This document shows, piece after piece, positions 50,746-60,061 of a stretch of DNA of 64,000 nucleotides; positions within the stretch are counted from its first letter, which is position 1; the number at the start of each line of letters is the position of its first letter. A program made the translations under genes and the position numbers. The notes below the pieces were generated by a model. It did not search any database and was not told the origin of the DNA. It saw nothing but the letters and a program-made list of their open reading frames with translations. The stretch comes from Nitrosopumilus sp. (GTDB lineage Archaea; Thermoproteota; Nitrososphaeria; Nitrososphaerales; Nitrosopumilaceae): contig OZ242041.1 of assembly GCA_965205215.1 (NCBI GenBank), positions 1,664,001 through 1,728,000 of the forward strand, in the 5' to 3' direction.

Positions 50746-51354
50746 ATGGTATATGGCACGGCCCTAGGCAGTGCGGGGCCCGAGCTGTCGCGCATAATGA
50801 AGGGGTGCGAGGCGAACCACACGGACAGGGAGTTCCTACTAAAGAATGCAAGGGGGATCATAGGATTGTGCAGCAGGTCCATAGTGTCTGTCCACAGGGG
50901 CGACACGGAACAGGGGGCGAGACATCTTGACAAGGCGCGCGCACTGCTCAAGAAATACAAGGTAAAGGCGGGGAAAGGGGGGCTGCGGCAGTACCTCGCG
51001 GTGCCGGAGCAGGAGATAACAGAGGCCGCCTGCCTGATCGCCGTCGTACGCAAGAAACGGATTCCCACGCCCAGAATGCTCGGGGTTGCAGACGTCCCGT
51101 ACGTGCTGGGACTGCTTGATGCCATAGGCGAGATGAAGCGCCTGACGCTTGACATGATGAGGTCCGGCAAAACCGGAGAGGCCGAGCGCATATTCGAGAT
51201 CACGGTGGAGATGTACGACGAGCTTGCAGGCTTTGCCGTATATGGCAACAGCGTCAAGGACATCAGAAAAAAGATAGACGTCGCAAGAATCACGATAGAC
51301 GGAATGAGATCCGTAGTCGCTGGAGTGCGTGAAGGCGGCGCCCCCCTGCAGTGA
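50746..51354 (+). CDS. translin family RNA-binding protein
   Basis: REFLLK..R, QEITEA, YVLGLLDAIGEMKR, RKKIDVAR. Confidence 0.85.
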   Translation: MVYGTALGSAGPELSRIMKGCEANHTDREFLLKNARGIIGLCSRSIVSVHRGDTEQGARHLDKARALLKKYKVKAGKGGLRQYLAVPEQEITEAACLIAVVRKKRIPTPRMLGVADVPYVLGLLDAIGEMKRLTLDMMRSGKTGEAERIFEITVEMYDELAGFAVYGNSVKDIRKKIDVARITIDGMRSVVAGVREGGAPLQ

Positions 51355-51523
51355 GGCGGGGCGCGCCTGCAGGTCCGTACAGTCCGGTGCAGCCTGAGCT
51401 GTACGCACGCGCGGATTTGTGCAAGAATTCCAATGATATCATTGGCGGCAGTCAATATTTGCAAAAAACCGATATTTTTTGCAAAAAACTAGGTATATTA
51501 ACACGGGCTTTTCAAGCCGATTG

Positions 51524-51988
51524 TTGAAGCAGTTTGACAGCCTGGACATGAGGCTCCTGTACGAGCTTGCCACGGACAGTTCCGTCTCCGTCCCCGCGCT
51601 GGCATCAAGCATGGACGTCAGCACGTCGGTGCTGTACAGCCGCATAAAGAGGCTTGTCAAAAAGGGGCTTATCAAGAAATACACCATAATCATAGACGAC
51701 AGCCTCCTCGGCATCGGAGTGAGGGCGTCGGTGGGGATAAAGCGCGACCCAAAGCTCAAGGAGTCCATACACGACAGCCTGATGGAGGCGCAAGAGGTCG
51801 AGTCGATATCCGAGGTTACCGGGCGGTTTGACATCATGATAAGGGTGCATGCAAGGAACCTCGAGGAGCTCCACTCCATAGTGATAGAAAAGATCGGCAA
51901 GATATCGGGCATACAGAGCACGGAAACGCTGGTTGAGCTGCAAAAGACGGAGAAGGATCCCGTCTATCTGATAGAGAAGAGCAAGTAG
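51524..51988 (+). CDS. Lrp/AsnC family transcriptional regulator
   Basis: DSLDMRLL HTH, RIKRL...GLIKKYT, EVTGRFD. Confidence 0.92.
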   Translation: MKQFDSLDMRLLYELATDSSVSVPALASSMDVSTSVLYSRIKRLVKKGLIKKYTIIIDDSLLGIGVRASVGIKRDPKLKESIHDSLMEAQEVESISEVTGRFDIMIRVHARNLEELHSIVIEKIGKISGIQSTETLVELQKTEKDPVYLIEKSK

Positions 51989-52076
51989 AGGCGCCCGTAC
52001 GCGGTGCGGGCTTGTGATTGCTGCACCACTGCTGCAGTCGTCACCGCACTTCAGTCGCTAGGGCCCGAGCCGCATG

Positions 52077-52559
52077 TCAAGAGGAGAACTTTTCATCCCA
52101 CTTGCCGTCGTCAATCTCGGCCGTAATCTCCTTTGGGGTCTTTCCCTCTATCTTGACCCCGAGCGCAAGGCACGTCCCCACGACGGTCTTTGCGACCGAC
52201 TTTAGCGACGACGCGTAAGAGGCCTCCAGCTTGGTGCCTGCAACCTTTGCGACCGCGTCCATGGTAATCTCGCCGGCCCACTCGGTTCCGGACGCGCCGG
52301 ACCCCTTCTGTATGCCGGCCTCCTTCATGACAAGGGCAGCTGCAGACGGGATGCCGATCTCTATCGTGTACTTTTTTGTGTCGCTGTCCACGGCCACCGT
52401 CACGGGCACCTTCATGCCCTCAAAGTCCTTTGTCTTTTCGTTGATGGCGCCGATGACCTCCATTATGTTCACGCCGAGTGGGCCCAGTGCGGGCCCCAGC
52501 GGGGGCCCCGCGGATGCGGCTCCGCCCGTTACCAGTGATGAAATCTTTTGCTCGCCCAT
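52077..52559 (-). CDS. rpl11: 50S ribosomal protein uL11
   Basis: GPPLGPALGPLGVN, GMKVPV. Confidence 0.97.
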   Translation of the reverse strand: MGEQKISSLVTGGAASAGPPLGPALGPLGVNIMEVIGAINEKTKDFEGMKVPVTVAVDSDTKKYTIEIGIPSAAALVMKEAGIQKGSGASGTEWAGEITMDAVAKVAGTKLEASYASSLKSVAKTVVGTCLALGVKIEGKTPKEITAEIDDGKWDEKFSS

Positions 52560-52607
52560 TGTAAACCCGCCTCTCGATGAAAAATTTAACCCTTTGCCGC
52601 CCCGTCG

Positions 52608-53066
52608 TTACGCCCCGTTTGAGAGCTTGAGGTAGTTTGCGTCCACCGTAACCGGCAGCTGGTACGCGGCGTCAAGCAGCACCACCGTAGCCTCCTCCTT
52701 CTCGGCGTCAATCCTGGTTATCGTGGCCTTCATGCCCTTGAACGGCCCGCCGGTGATCTCGATCACGTTGTCTACCTCGAGCTGCGAGATGGTGGACTTT
52801 TTGACCAGATACCCCTCGATGTCACCAAACGCAAGCTCCCCGCGAAGCTGCCCGCGGATGTGCCGGACGCCGTCGACGGCCATGAACGCGTCGTTCGGGC
52901 TCAGGGCCTCTATGACCACGTATCCCTTTAGGTTCTCCACAAGCATGACCGACTGTATGTGCACCTTGTTGGCGTTGGCCTTTGCCTCCAGCAGGCGCAT
53001 GACCACTTTCTCCTGGCCCCCGGTGGTTCTGATTGCAAACAGGTGCGACTCTATCTCCTCAGACAA
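52608..53066 (-). CDS. spt5: transcription elongation factor Spt5 (NusG)
   Basis: TTGGQE, KGYVVIEA, KOW motif GPFKG. Confidence 0.95.
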   Translation of the reverse strand: MSEEIESHLFAIRTTGGQEKVVMRLLEAKANANKVHIQSVMLVENLKGYVVIEALSPNDAFMAVDGVRHIRGQLRGELAFGDIEGYLVKKSTISQLEVDNVIEITGGPFKGMKATITRIDAEKEEATVVLLDAAYQLPVTVDANYLKLSNGA

Positions 53067-53068
53067 CT

Positions 53069-53248
53069 CTATCTACCATACGTGATTACCGAAAATACGA
53101 ACTGTATTATGAATCCTATAGTACCCACGCCGGCGATTCCAAGCAGGACAAGCCTCAGGTGCTGCTGATACTCGTCTCGGTCGGGCTTTTTGGCCATCTT
53201 CATGGTATTGGCCATGTTCTTAAGCGTATGCCTCGGATTGAACCTCAA
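53069..53248 (-). CDS. secE: protein translocase SecE/Sec61 gamma; not in the ORF track
   Basis: (M)RFNPRHTLKNMANTMKMAKKPDRDEYQQHLRLVLLGIAGVGTIGFIIQFVFSVITYGR*; KP...EY plus TM helix, upstream of spt5. Confidence 0.9.
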   Translation of the reverse strand: MRFNPRHTLKNMANTMKMAKKPDRDEYQQHLRLVLLGIAGVGTIGFIIQFVFSVITYGR

Positions 53249-53286
53249 CGCGGAAAATTAATAGGGTTTACTTATATCTGTTCTTT

Positions 53287-54144
53287 ATGGAACTGTTGGT
53301 CGCGTTTGACGGCGATCCGGCCGGAAGCCGCATGGCGGCCCACCTTGCAGCAAATATGGAGAGCGACGGGCCGGCCGGGGGTGACGGGGATGCCAAGTCC
53401 GCATACGACGCCCGCATCTCGGGTTTCTGGCGCTCCAGACACTATGACATGATAACAATATCCACCCCCGCCATATCCGCAGACTGGCTGGAGGAGACGG
53501 AGGTGGCAAGGGCCGGGGGATACGACGGATACGTCTTTCTATCAAGGCACTCGGCAGAGTCCGGCGTGCTTGCACTGACGTGCCACAGTACCGGCAACTT
53601 TGGCAGGGCCGAATTCGGCGGAAACGATTCAGAGGTGGCGCTGCCGCACCCCCACCTGCAAAGGGCATACCTGCGCAGGATACACGAGGAGAAGGAGAGA
53701 AGCGGCAGGTTCGGGGAGTTTGACATCACCATAGAGGCCACGCACCACGGGCCCAGCGCGCTCGGCAGGCCTGCGCTGTTCATAGAAGTCGGAACCACCC
53801 AGGAGCAGTGGGGCGACGACGCGCTGTGCGGCATGGTGGCAGACGCGGTACACGAGACCATGTCATCCGGAGTGGATACGAGCAGCCCTGTGGCAGTCTG
53901 CTTTGGCGGGACGCATTATCCGCAAAAATTTACAGACGAGATTCTGCACGGCCGGCGCGCGCTCGGAACCGTGATCCCAAAGAGGGCCATGCCGCAGATA
54001 GACGACGCGCTGTTCCGCCACATACTGGAGCGCAACAGTGTGGCAACAGAGGCGCTGCTCGACTGGGGCGGCATTCCGGGATCCGACAAGGACAGACTTA
54101 AGAGGCTGCTGGCAGAATCGGGGCTGGAGGCAAGCAAGGTATGA
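53287..54144 (+). CDS. dtdA: archaeal D-aminoacyl-tRNA deacylase
   Basis: LSRH, LTCHSTGN, EATHHGP, FIEVG, FGGTHY. Confidence 0.9.
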   Translation: MELLVAFDGDPAGSRMAAHLAANMESDGPAGGDGDAKSAYDARISGFWRSRHYDMITISTPAISADWLEETEVARAGGYDGYVFLSRHSAESGVLALTCHSTGNFGRAEFGGNDSEVALPHPHLQRAYLRRIHEEKERSGRFGEFDITIEATHHGPSALGRPALFIEVGTTQEQWGDDALCGMVADAVHETMSSGVDTSSPVAVCFGGTHYPQKFTDEILHGRRALGTVIPKRAMPQIDDALFRHILERNSVATEALLDWGGIPGSDKDRLKRLLAESGLEASKV

Positions 54145-54608
54145 CCGCAGCGCCGGGTAGGATAGCAGGGGGAAACAGGACGACAGCTGGATCAGTGGCG
54201 CCGTCGCCGTCACCATCATCATCATCATCACCAGCATCATCGCCATCGTCAACGCCAGACCCATCGTTGTTGGAAGCGGCACCAGATCCAACAGCGCGCC
54301 GGCTTGGAGAATTAGAACAAAAGGTGTACGGCATGCTTGCAAGGGTTCCAAGGGGCAAAATCACCACGTACAGCGAGCTTGCAAGGGCGGCAGGCCTCAA
54401 GAACGGACAGCGCGCAGTGGGCAGGATTATGAGCAAAAACCCATACCCGTCCATAATACCGTGCCACAGAGTCGTCAGGTCCACAGGGGACGTTGGCGGG
54501 TATGCCTACGGGACGGAGGTAAAAGAGGAGATGCTTTCAAGGGAGGGCGTCGCGCTGGGCGGCGGACGCATATCGGACATGGACAGCGTAATGCACAGGT
54601 TCGGCTAG
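54141..54608 (+). CDS. O6-alkylguanine-DNA alkyltransferase (MGMT) family protein with Ser/Pro-rich N-terminus
   Basis: VPRGKITTY, RAVG, NP..IIPCHRVV. Confidence 0.9.
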   Translation: MTAAPGRIAGGNRTTAGSVAPSPSPSSSSSPASSPSSTPDPSLLEAAPDPTARRLGELEQKVYGMLARVPRGKITTYSELARAAGLKNGQRAVGRIMSKNPYPSIIPCHRVVRSTGDVGGYAYGTEVKEEMLSREGVALGGGRISDMDSVMHRFG

Positions 54609-55078
54609 TCGCGCGCAGGAGCGGAGGACTCCCTACGCTCCTTCGTCTCCTCCATCAACGCCCGCAGATGGGCCTTGTTTCGGACGGTGTTTCCGCCGAC
54701 CTTTTTGTACAGCATCCAGAACTCGGGGTTCGTAATGTCGTTCCTGACCTTTGCAATCTTGAGTAGCCTCCTGAGCGCCCTGACCTTTGCGACATACACC
54801 TCTTTTTTGCCCACGCGCGCGCCCTTGCGCCCATGCTTTGAGCCCTGCGTCGTGCCGCGCTTGTTGCGCTGGGCCTTTTTGGTGTGCGCCCTGCCGCGGG
54901 AGGTTCCGGTGAACGGCCTGACGGTAATGGTATTTGCAGTCACCAGGCTCCGTATCTCGTTCCGGGTTATCGCATTTGAGACGTCCTCGAGGTGGTCCTC
55001 CGAGAGCCTTACGCGGTGGACGCCGACTCCCAGCACGCGGGCCGCCAGCCTCTTCTTGGCCTTTAGGTTAACTACCAT
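54605..55078 (-). CDS. rpl19e: 50S ribosomal protein L19e
   Basis: KRLAARVLGVG, AITR, G.SRGR, VRALRR. Confidence 0.95.
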   Translation of the reverse strand: MVVNLKAKKRLAARVLGVGVHRVRLSEDHLEDVSNAITRNEIRSLVTANTITVRPFTGTSRGRAHTKKAQRNKRGTTQGSKHGRKGARVGKKEVYVAKVRALRRLLKIAKVRNDITNPEFWMLYKKVGGNTVRNKAHLRALMEETKERRESSAPARD

Positions 55079-55466
55079 CGGCCTTTACCCTCGCGTTGAA
55101 TATCTTGAACTTTAGTGACACGGCCCTTGCCACGATCTCGCGGCGTTTGCGCGTGCCGACCCCGTGGCCGATGCGGACGCCGTCCTTTTTGGAATCCAGG
55201 CCGTCAAGGTCGGACGTGTTGTATACCAGGTTGTCCGTGTATCCCGACGGGTGCAGCCCGAGCGCGTCCCTAGGGCCCCCGTATCCGATCTTTACAAGCC
55301 CGGGGCGCCCGCGGCTCTTCTGCTTTCGCTGGTGGTTGTCTATCCCCTTTGGCTTGCGCCACCCGGTCTGCAGGCGGACGTACCTCCAGCTCTCCGGACG
55401 CACAAAGTCAGGATTGCGCTCCTTTTGCGCGGCCCGCCTCTGGAGCAGGGCCCTGTTTATCGGCAT
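55068..55466 (-). CDS. rpl32e: 50S ribosomal protein L32e
   Basis: WRKPKGIDN, GYG, GLHPSG. Confidence 0.95.
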   Translation of the reverse strand: MPINRALLQRRAAQKERNPDFVRPESWRYVRLQTGWRKPKGIDNHQRKQKSRGRPGLVKIGYGGPRDALGLHPSGYTDNLVYNTSDLDGLDSKKDGVRIGHGVGTRKRREIVARAVSLKFKIFNARVKADGS

Positions 55467-55873
55467 GCGTGGCCTGCAAGATTTTTAAATAAATACGTTG
55501 CCGGCAGGCGGCAGCAACGGGTCAGCCCCCCGCAGCACCTATGCCGGGCGCCAGACAGATCGCGGCCCGGCGGCCGTGGCATTCCTGACGCACGCCTAGG
55601 CTAGGGGCAAGACACGGTCGCCAAACGGCGCAGGCCCGCGGCCGCCGCATTGCAGGCCCGAACCCGTAGCCAAAAGGCACTCCAGATTTTGATATACCTC
55701 GTTATATAACGCAGGATGCGGCGGTATGCAGTGCTTGCAAAACACAAAGCAGTCCCGCCTGCCTCATTGGCCGCCGCAGTACACCACCTGCCAAGCAACG
55801 CTTATACAGTCAGCCCCCCCCCCCCGCTCAAACCGGATGTATCATGAAGATTCGTAGCAGATGTAACTCTCAC

Positions 55874-58800
55874 ATGCTTGCGCGCGCCGCTGTCGCGGCC
55901 GTGGCGTGCGCCATATTTGCATCCCTGCCCGCGGCCACGTTGGCAGCATCCGATTCAGGCGACGATTTCGTCACCGTGTGGGGCGTCACCGCAGACGATC
56001 CGGCCATAACGATCCCGGTAGGCGGAGCCACGGGCACGTACACCGTCCACTGGGGTGACGGTACGGTCAGCGCCGACGTGTCCGGCGACCAGACCCACAC
56101 GTACGGCTCGGAGGGCGAGTACACGGTCCGGATCTCCGGCGACTTTACCAGGATAAAACTGGGAGACGATCCCGCAAACGCCCAAAAGCTGCGGAGCATC
56201 GAGCAGTGGGGCGACATGCAGTGGTCGTCGATGGAGTCGGCGTTTCGGGGCGCAGTCGTCATGACGTACAACGCGACGGACTCGCCAGACCTATCAGGCG
56301 TGTCCGACATGTCACACATGTTTGCCACCGCATCCAAATTCAACGGGAACCTGTCACAGTGGGACACCTCCAGCGTAACCGTCATGGACCACATGTTCTA
56401 CAACTCCCCCTCCTTCAACGGCGACGTCTCAACATGGGACGTCTCGCGGGTGACCGACATGCACGCGATGTTCTACTACGCCCACGCCTTCAACGGCGAC
56501 ATCTCCGCGTGGGACGTCTCGCGGGTGACCGACATGGACCACATGTTCGACAGGGCCCACGCCTTCAACGGCGACATATCCGAGTGGGACGTCTCGCGGG
56601 TGACCGACATGGGCTACCTGTTCCACAGGGCATTCTCCTTCAACGGCGACATCTCCGCGTGGGACGTCTCGCGGGTGACCGACATGCACTACATGTTCCG
56701 CGATTCCTCCTTCAACGGCGACATCTCCGCGTGGGACGTCTCGCGGGTAGCCAACATGTACCGCATGTTCCACAGCGCATCCTTCAACGGCGACATCTCC
56801 GCGTGGGACGTCTCGCGGGTGACCAACATGGGCGAAATGTTCTACAACGCCCCCCACTTCGACGGGGACATATCGGGCTGGGACGTCTCGCGCGTGACCG
56901 GCATGGGCCACATGTTCACGGGCGCCGATTCCTTCACCCGGAACCTGGGGCCTTGGTATATAACGCTAGATCGCGCGATCATCCATGAGAACGGCACCTA
57001 TACGGCAAGTATCGCGGCGCAAAACGACGAGCTGCGCGGCCACGGCCCGTCCTACCACCTTGCAGACAACGACACGCATGCGGACAACGCGGACTTTGCC
57101 ATATCCGGCAACGTTCTGACAATGACGTCCGCCCCCACAAAGGCCGCATACAGCATAAGCGTCGGGGCCGAGTCCCCGCACCTGTTCGGCGCCGACAGCA
57201 CGCGACAGCTTAGAATCATCGCCCCGCACCTGAACTCGCCGCCTGGCGCCGACGCGGGGCAGGACCAGACCGTATCCGAGGGCTCTGCCGTACAGCTTGA
57301 CGGCTCCGCATCCTCCGACCCGGACGGCAACGCAATGTCGTACAGCTGGGCGATCGTGTCGCCGGCCGGAGGGGCAGCAGCAGCCCTCCAAGGCGCCGAC
57401 ACCATGGCCCCGTCGTTTACGGCGCCCGGCGTCTATGCCGACACCAACTACACCATCGCGCTCACCGTCTCAGACGGCATCACGGTCGACACCGACACGG
57501 TCACCATAACCGTCCGGGACACCGATCCGCTGAACCCGGAGCCGTCGGCCTCCAAGTACGGTGACGACTTTGTCACCACGTGGCGCGTCACCGGAGACGA
57601 CCTGACCATAACGATCCCGGTAGGCGGAGCCACCGGCACGTACGGAATAGACTGGGGCGACAGCACCAGCAGCGTGGACGTGTCAGGCGACCAGTCCCAC
57701 ACGTACGGCTCGGAGGGCGAGTACACGGTCCGGATCTCCGGCGACTTTACCAGGATAAAACTGGGCGATGATCCCGCAAACGCCCAAAAGCTGCTGAGCA
57801 TCGAGCAATGGGGCGGCATGCAGTGGTCGTCGATGGAGTCGGCGTTTCGGGACGCAGGCAGCATGACATACAACGCGACGGATTCGCCCGACCTCTCAGG
57901 CGTGTCAGACATGTCACGCATGTTCACCGCCGCATCAAAATTCACCGGAGACCTATCCGGGTGGGACGTATCGGGCGTAACCGACATGAGCAACATGTTC
58001 TTTGGCGCCGATTCCTTCGACGGTGACATATCGGCCTGGGACGTATCCGGAGTAACCGACATGAGCGGCATGTTCTACAGCGCACCCGCGTTTGACGGCG
58101 ACATATCGGCCTGGGACGTATCCGGAGTAACCGACATGAGCGGCATGTTCTACAGAGCATCCGCGTTTGACGGCAACATATCGGCCTGGGATGTGTCGGA
58201 CGTAACCGACATGAGCAGCATGTTCGAAGGTGCGTCCTCGTTTGACGGCGACATATCGGCCTGGGACACCTCCAGCGTAACCGACATGAGCGGCATGTTT
58301 ACCATGGCCTACTATTTCAACAGCGACATATCGGCCTGGGATGTATCCAACGCAAGATCCATGGACTGGATGTTCTGGGGCGCCTCCTCCTTCGACCAGA
58401 ACCTGGGGCCCTGGTACGTCACGCTAAACGTCACGCGCATCCATGACGACTCCTACGCGGCGGAGGTCGCGGCCCAGAACTCCTTCCTGAGCGGCCGCCA
58501 CAACCCGTCCTACTCGCTTGCAGACGGGGACGGATGCGCCGACAATGGAAAGTTTGCCATAAGTAGCGACGGCGTCCTGACCATAAAATCCGCCCCCGCA
58601 CAGGAGACATACAGCATATGCATCGGGGCATCCGGCGGCAAGCTGTTCGGAGCCGACAACTCGCGGCGGATCATCCTGAGCACGAACACGCCGCCCGCGG
58701 CCGACGCGGGGCCTGACCAGACCGTGCCCGAGGGAGCCGCAGTACAGCTTGACGGCTCCGCATCCTCCGACCCGGACGGCGATACAATGTCGTACAGGTG

Positions 58801-59857
58801 GGTGGCGACGTCGCCAGATGCGATCCTCCGGGGCGCCGACACCAGGGCCCCGTCGTTTACGGCTCCCCAGGTGTCTGGAGACACAGACTATGCCTTCAAA
58901 CTCATAGTCACCGACGGCTCCGTCACCGACACAGACACCGTCGTCATAACAGTCCAAGACGCGCATCCCGCGCCTCCCGCCGCCCCCAAGAACCTCAGGG
59001 CCGCATCCGCCTCGGCCGATTCGGCGACGCTGGCCTGGGACGATCCCGGCGACGACGCGGTTACGGGATACAAGATACTCTCAAGGATACTCGCCCCGCA
59101 GCACAGCCTAGGCGTGCTTGTCGCCGACACCGGCAGCGCCGCCAGCTCGTACACCGTAACCGGCCTGGAGCCGAACACAAAGTACGCGTTCCGCATAATA
59201 GCCCTCAGCGACCACGGGGAATCAGATACGTCATACTTTGTCAACGTCCGCACCGAGAGGGCGCCGCCGCCTGCCGCACCCACAAACCTCACGGCCACTG
59301 CGGTCACCACGGACTCGGTGACGCTGTCTTGGGACGGCGCGGGCGACGACGCGGTTACGGGATACAAGATACTCTCAAGGATACTCGCCCCGCAGCACAG
59401 CCTAGGCGTGCTTGTCGCCGACACCGGCAGCGCCGCCAGCTCGTACACCGTAACCGGCCTGGAGCCGAACACAAAGTACGCGTTCCGCATAATAGCCCTC
59501 AGCGACCACGGGGAATCAGATACGTCATACTTTGTCAACGTCCGCACCGAGAGGGCGCCGCCGCCTGCCGCACCCACAAACCTCACGGCCACTGCGGTCA
59601 CCACGGACTCGGTGACGCTGTCTTGGGACGGCGCGGGCGACGACGCGGTTACGGGATACAAGATACTCTCAAGGATACTCGCCCCGCAGCACAGCCTAGG
59701 CGTGCTTGTCGCCGACACCGGCAGCGCCGCCAGCTCGTACACCGTAACCGGCCTGGAGCCGAACACAAAGTACGCGTTCCGCATAATAGCCCTCAGCGAC
59801 CACGGGGAGTCCAAGGTATCCCACTTTGTCAATATCTCCACACCGTCCGGCAACTAA
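55874..59857 (+). CDS. large secreted/surface protein: two modules of [DUF285/BspA-like 25-aa repeats plus cadherin-like and PKD-like domains], then three fibronectin type III domains
   Basis: Signal-peptide-like N-terminus; FNGDISAWDVSRVTDMxxMF repeats; ADAG.DQTV.EG..VQLDGSASSDPDG; P.AP.NL...W...VTGYKI...GLEPNTKY x3; alternative start 55844. Confidence 0.9.
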   Translation: MLARAAVAAVACAIFASLPAATLAASDSGDDFVTVWGVTADDPAITIPVGGATGTYTVHWGDGTVSADVSGDQTHTYGSEGEYTVRISGDFTRIKLGDDPANAQKLRSIEQWGDMQWSSMESAFRGAVVMTYNATDSPDLSGVSDMSHMFATASKFNGNLSQWDTSSVTVMDHMFYNSPSFNGDVSTWDVSRVTDMHAMFYYAHAFNGDISAWDVSRVTDMDHMFDRAHAFNGDISEWDVSRVTDMGYLFHRAFSFNGDISAWDVSRVTDMHYMFRDSSFNGDISAWDVSRVANMYRMFHSASFNGDISAWDVSRVTNMGEMFYNAPHFDGDISGWDVSRVTGMGHMFTGADSFTRNLGPWYITLDRAIIHENGTYTASIAAQNDELRGHGPSYHLADNDTHADNADFAISGNVLTMTSAPTKAAYSISVGAESPHLFGADSTRQLRIIAPHLNSPPGADAGQDQTVSEGSAVQLDGSASSDPDGNAMSYSWAIVSPAGGAAAALQGADTMAPSFTAPGVYADTNYTIALTVSDGITVDTDTVTITVRDTDPLNPEPSASKYGDDFVTTWRVTGDDLTITIPVGGATGTYGIDWGDSTSSVDVSGDQSHTYGSEGEYTVRISGDFTRIKLGDDPANAQKLLSIEQWGGMQWSSMESAFRDAGSMTYNATDSPDLSGVSDMSRMFTAASKFTGDLSGWDVSGVTDMSNMFFGADSFDGDISAWDVSGVTDMSGMFYSAPAFDGDISAWDVSGVTDMSGMFYRASAFDGNISAWDVSDVTDMSSMFEGASSFDGDISAWDTSSVTDMSGMFTMAYYFNSDISAWDVSNARSMDWMFWGASSFDQNLGPWYVTLNVTRIHDDSYAAEVAAQNSFLSGRHNPSYSLADGDGCADNGKFAISSDGVLTIKSAPAQETYSICIGASGGKLFGADNSRRIILSTNTPPAADAGPDQTVPEGAAVQLDGSASSDPDGDTMSYRWVATSPDAILRGADTRAPSFTAPQVSGDTDYAFKLIVTDGSVTDTDTVVITVQDAHPAPPAAPKNLRAASASADSATLAWDDPGDDAVTGYKILSRILAPQHSLGVLVADTGSAASSYTVTGLEPNTKYAFRIIALSDHGESDTSYFVNVRTERAPPPAAPTNLTATAVTTDSVTLSWDGAGDDAVTGYKILSRILAPQHSLGVLVADTGSAASSYTVTGLEPNTKYAFRIIALSDHGESDTSYFVNVRTERAPPPAAPTNLTATAVTTDSVTLSWDGAGDDAVTGYKILSRILAPQHSLGVLVADTGSAASSYTVTGLEPNTKYAFRIIALSDHGESKVSHFVNISTPSGN
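59051..59808 (+). repeat. 294-bp near-perfect tandem repeat encoding FN3 domains
   Basis: gacgacgcggttacgggatacaag recurs at 59051, 59345 and 59639. Confidence 0.92.
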
Positions 59858-60061
59858 ACAGCGCATGCACAGACTGCGCACAACACACGCTTACCACGAC
59901 GGCTCGCAAAGGATAATAAGGTAATTTCAGGGGGATCGAATCATCTTGAATTCCACACACGACTCGGCGGCCACCACCACATATGCAGGACCGGCCGCGG
60001 CCACGTACCCCGGAGGCGCGCGCACCTGACGCAGGAGCTTGGCGACTCCGACGCCGCCTTT

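Noticed and set aside
55500-55800. Possible 5S rRNA or other RNA gene upstream of rpl32e
   Set aside because: No recognisable 5S or tRNA motifs on either strand
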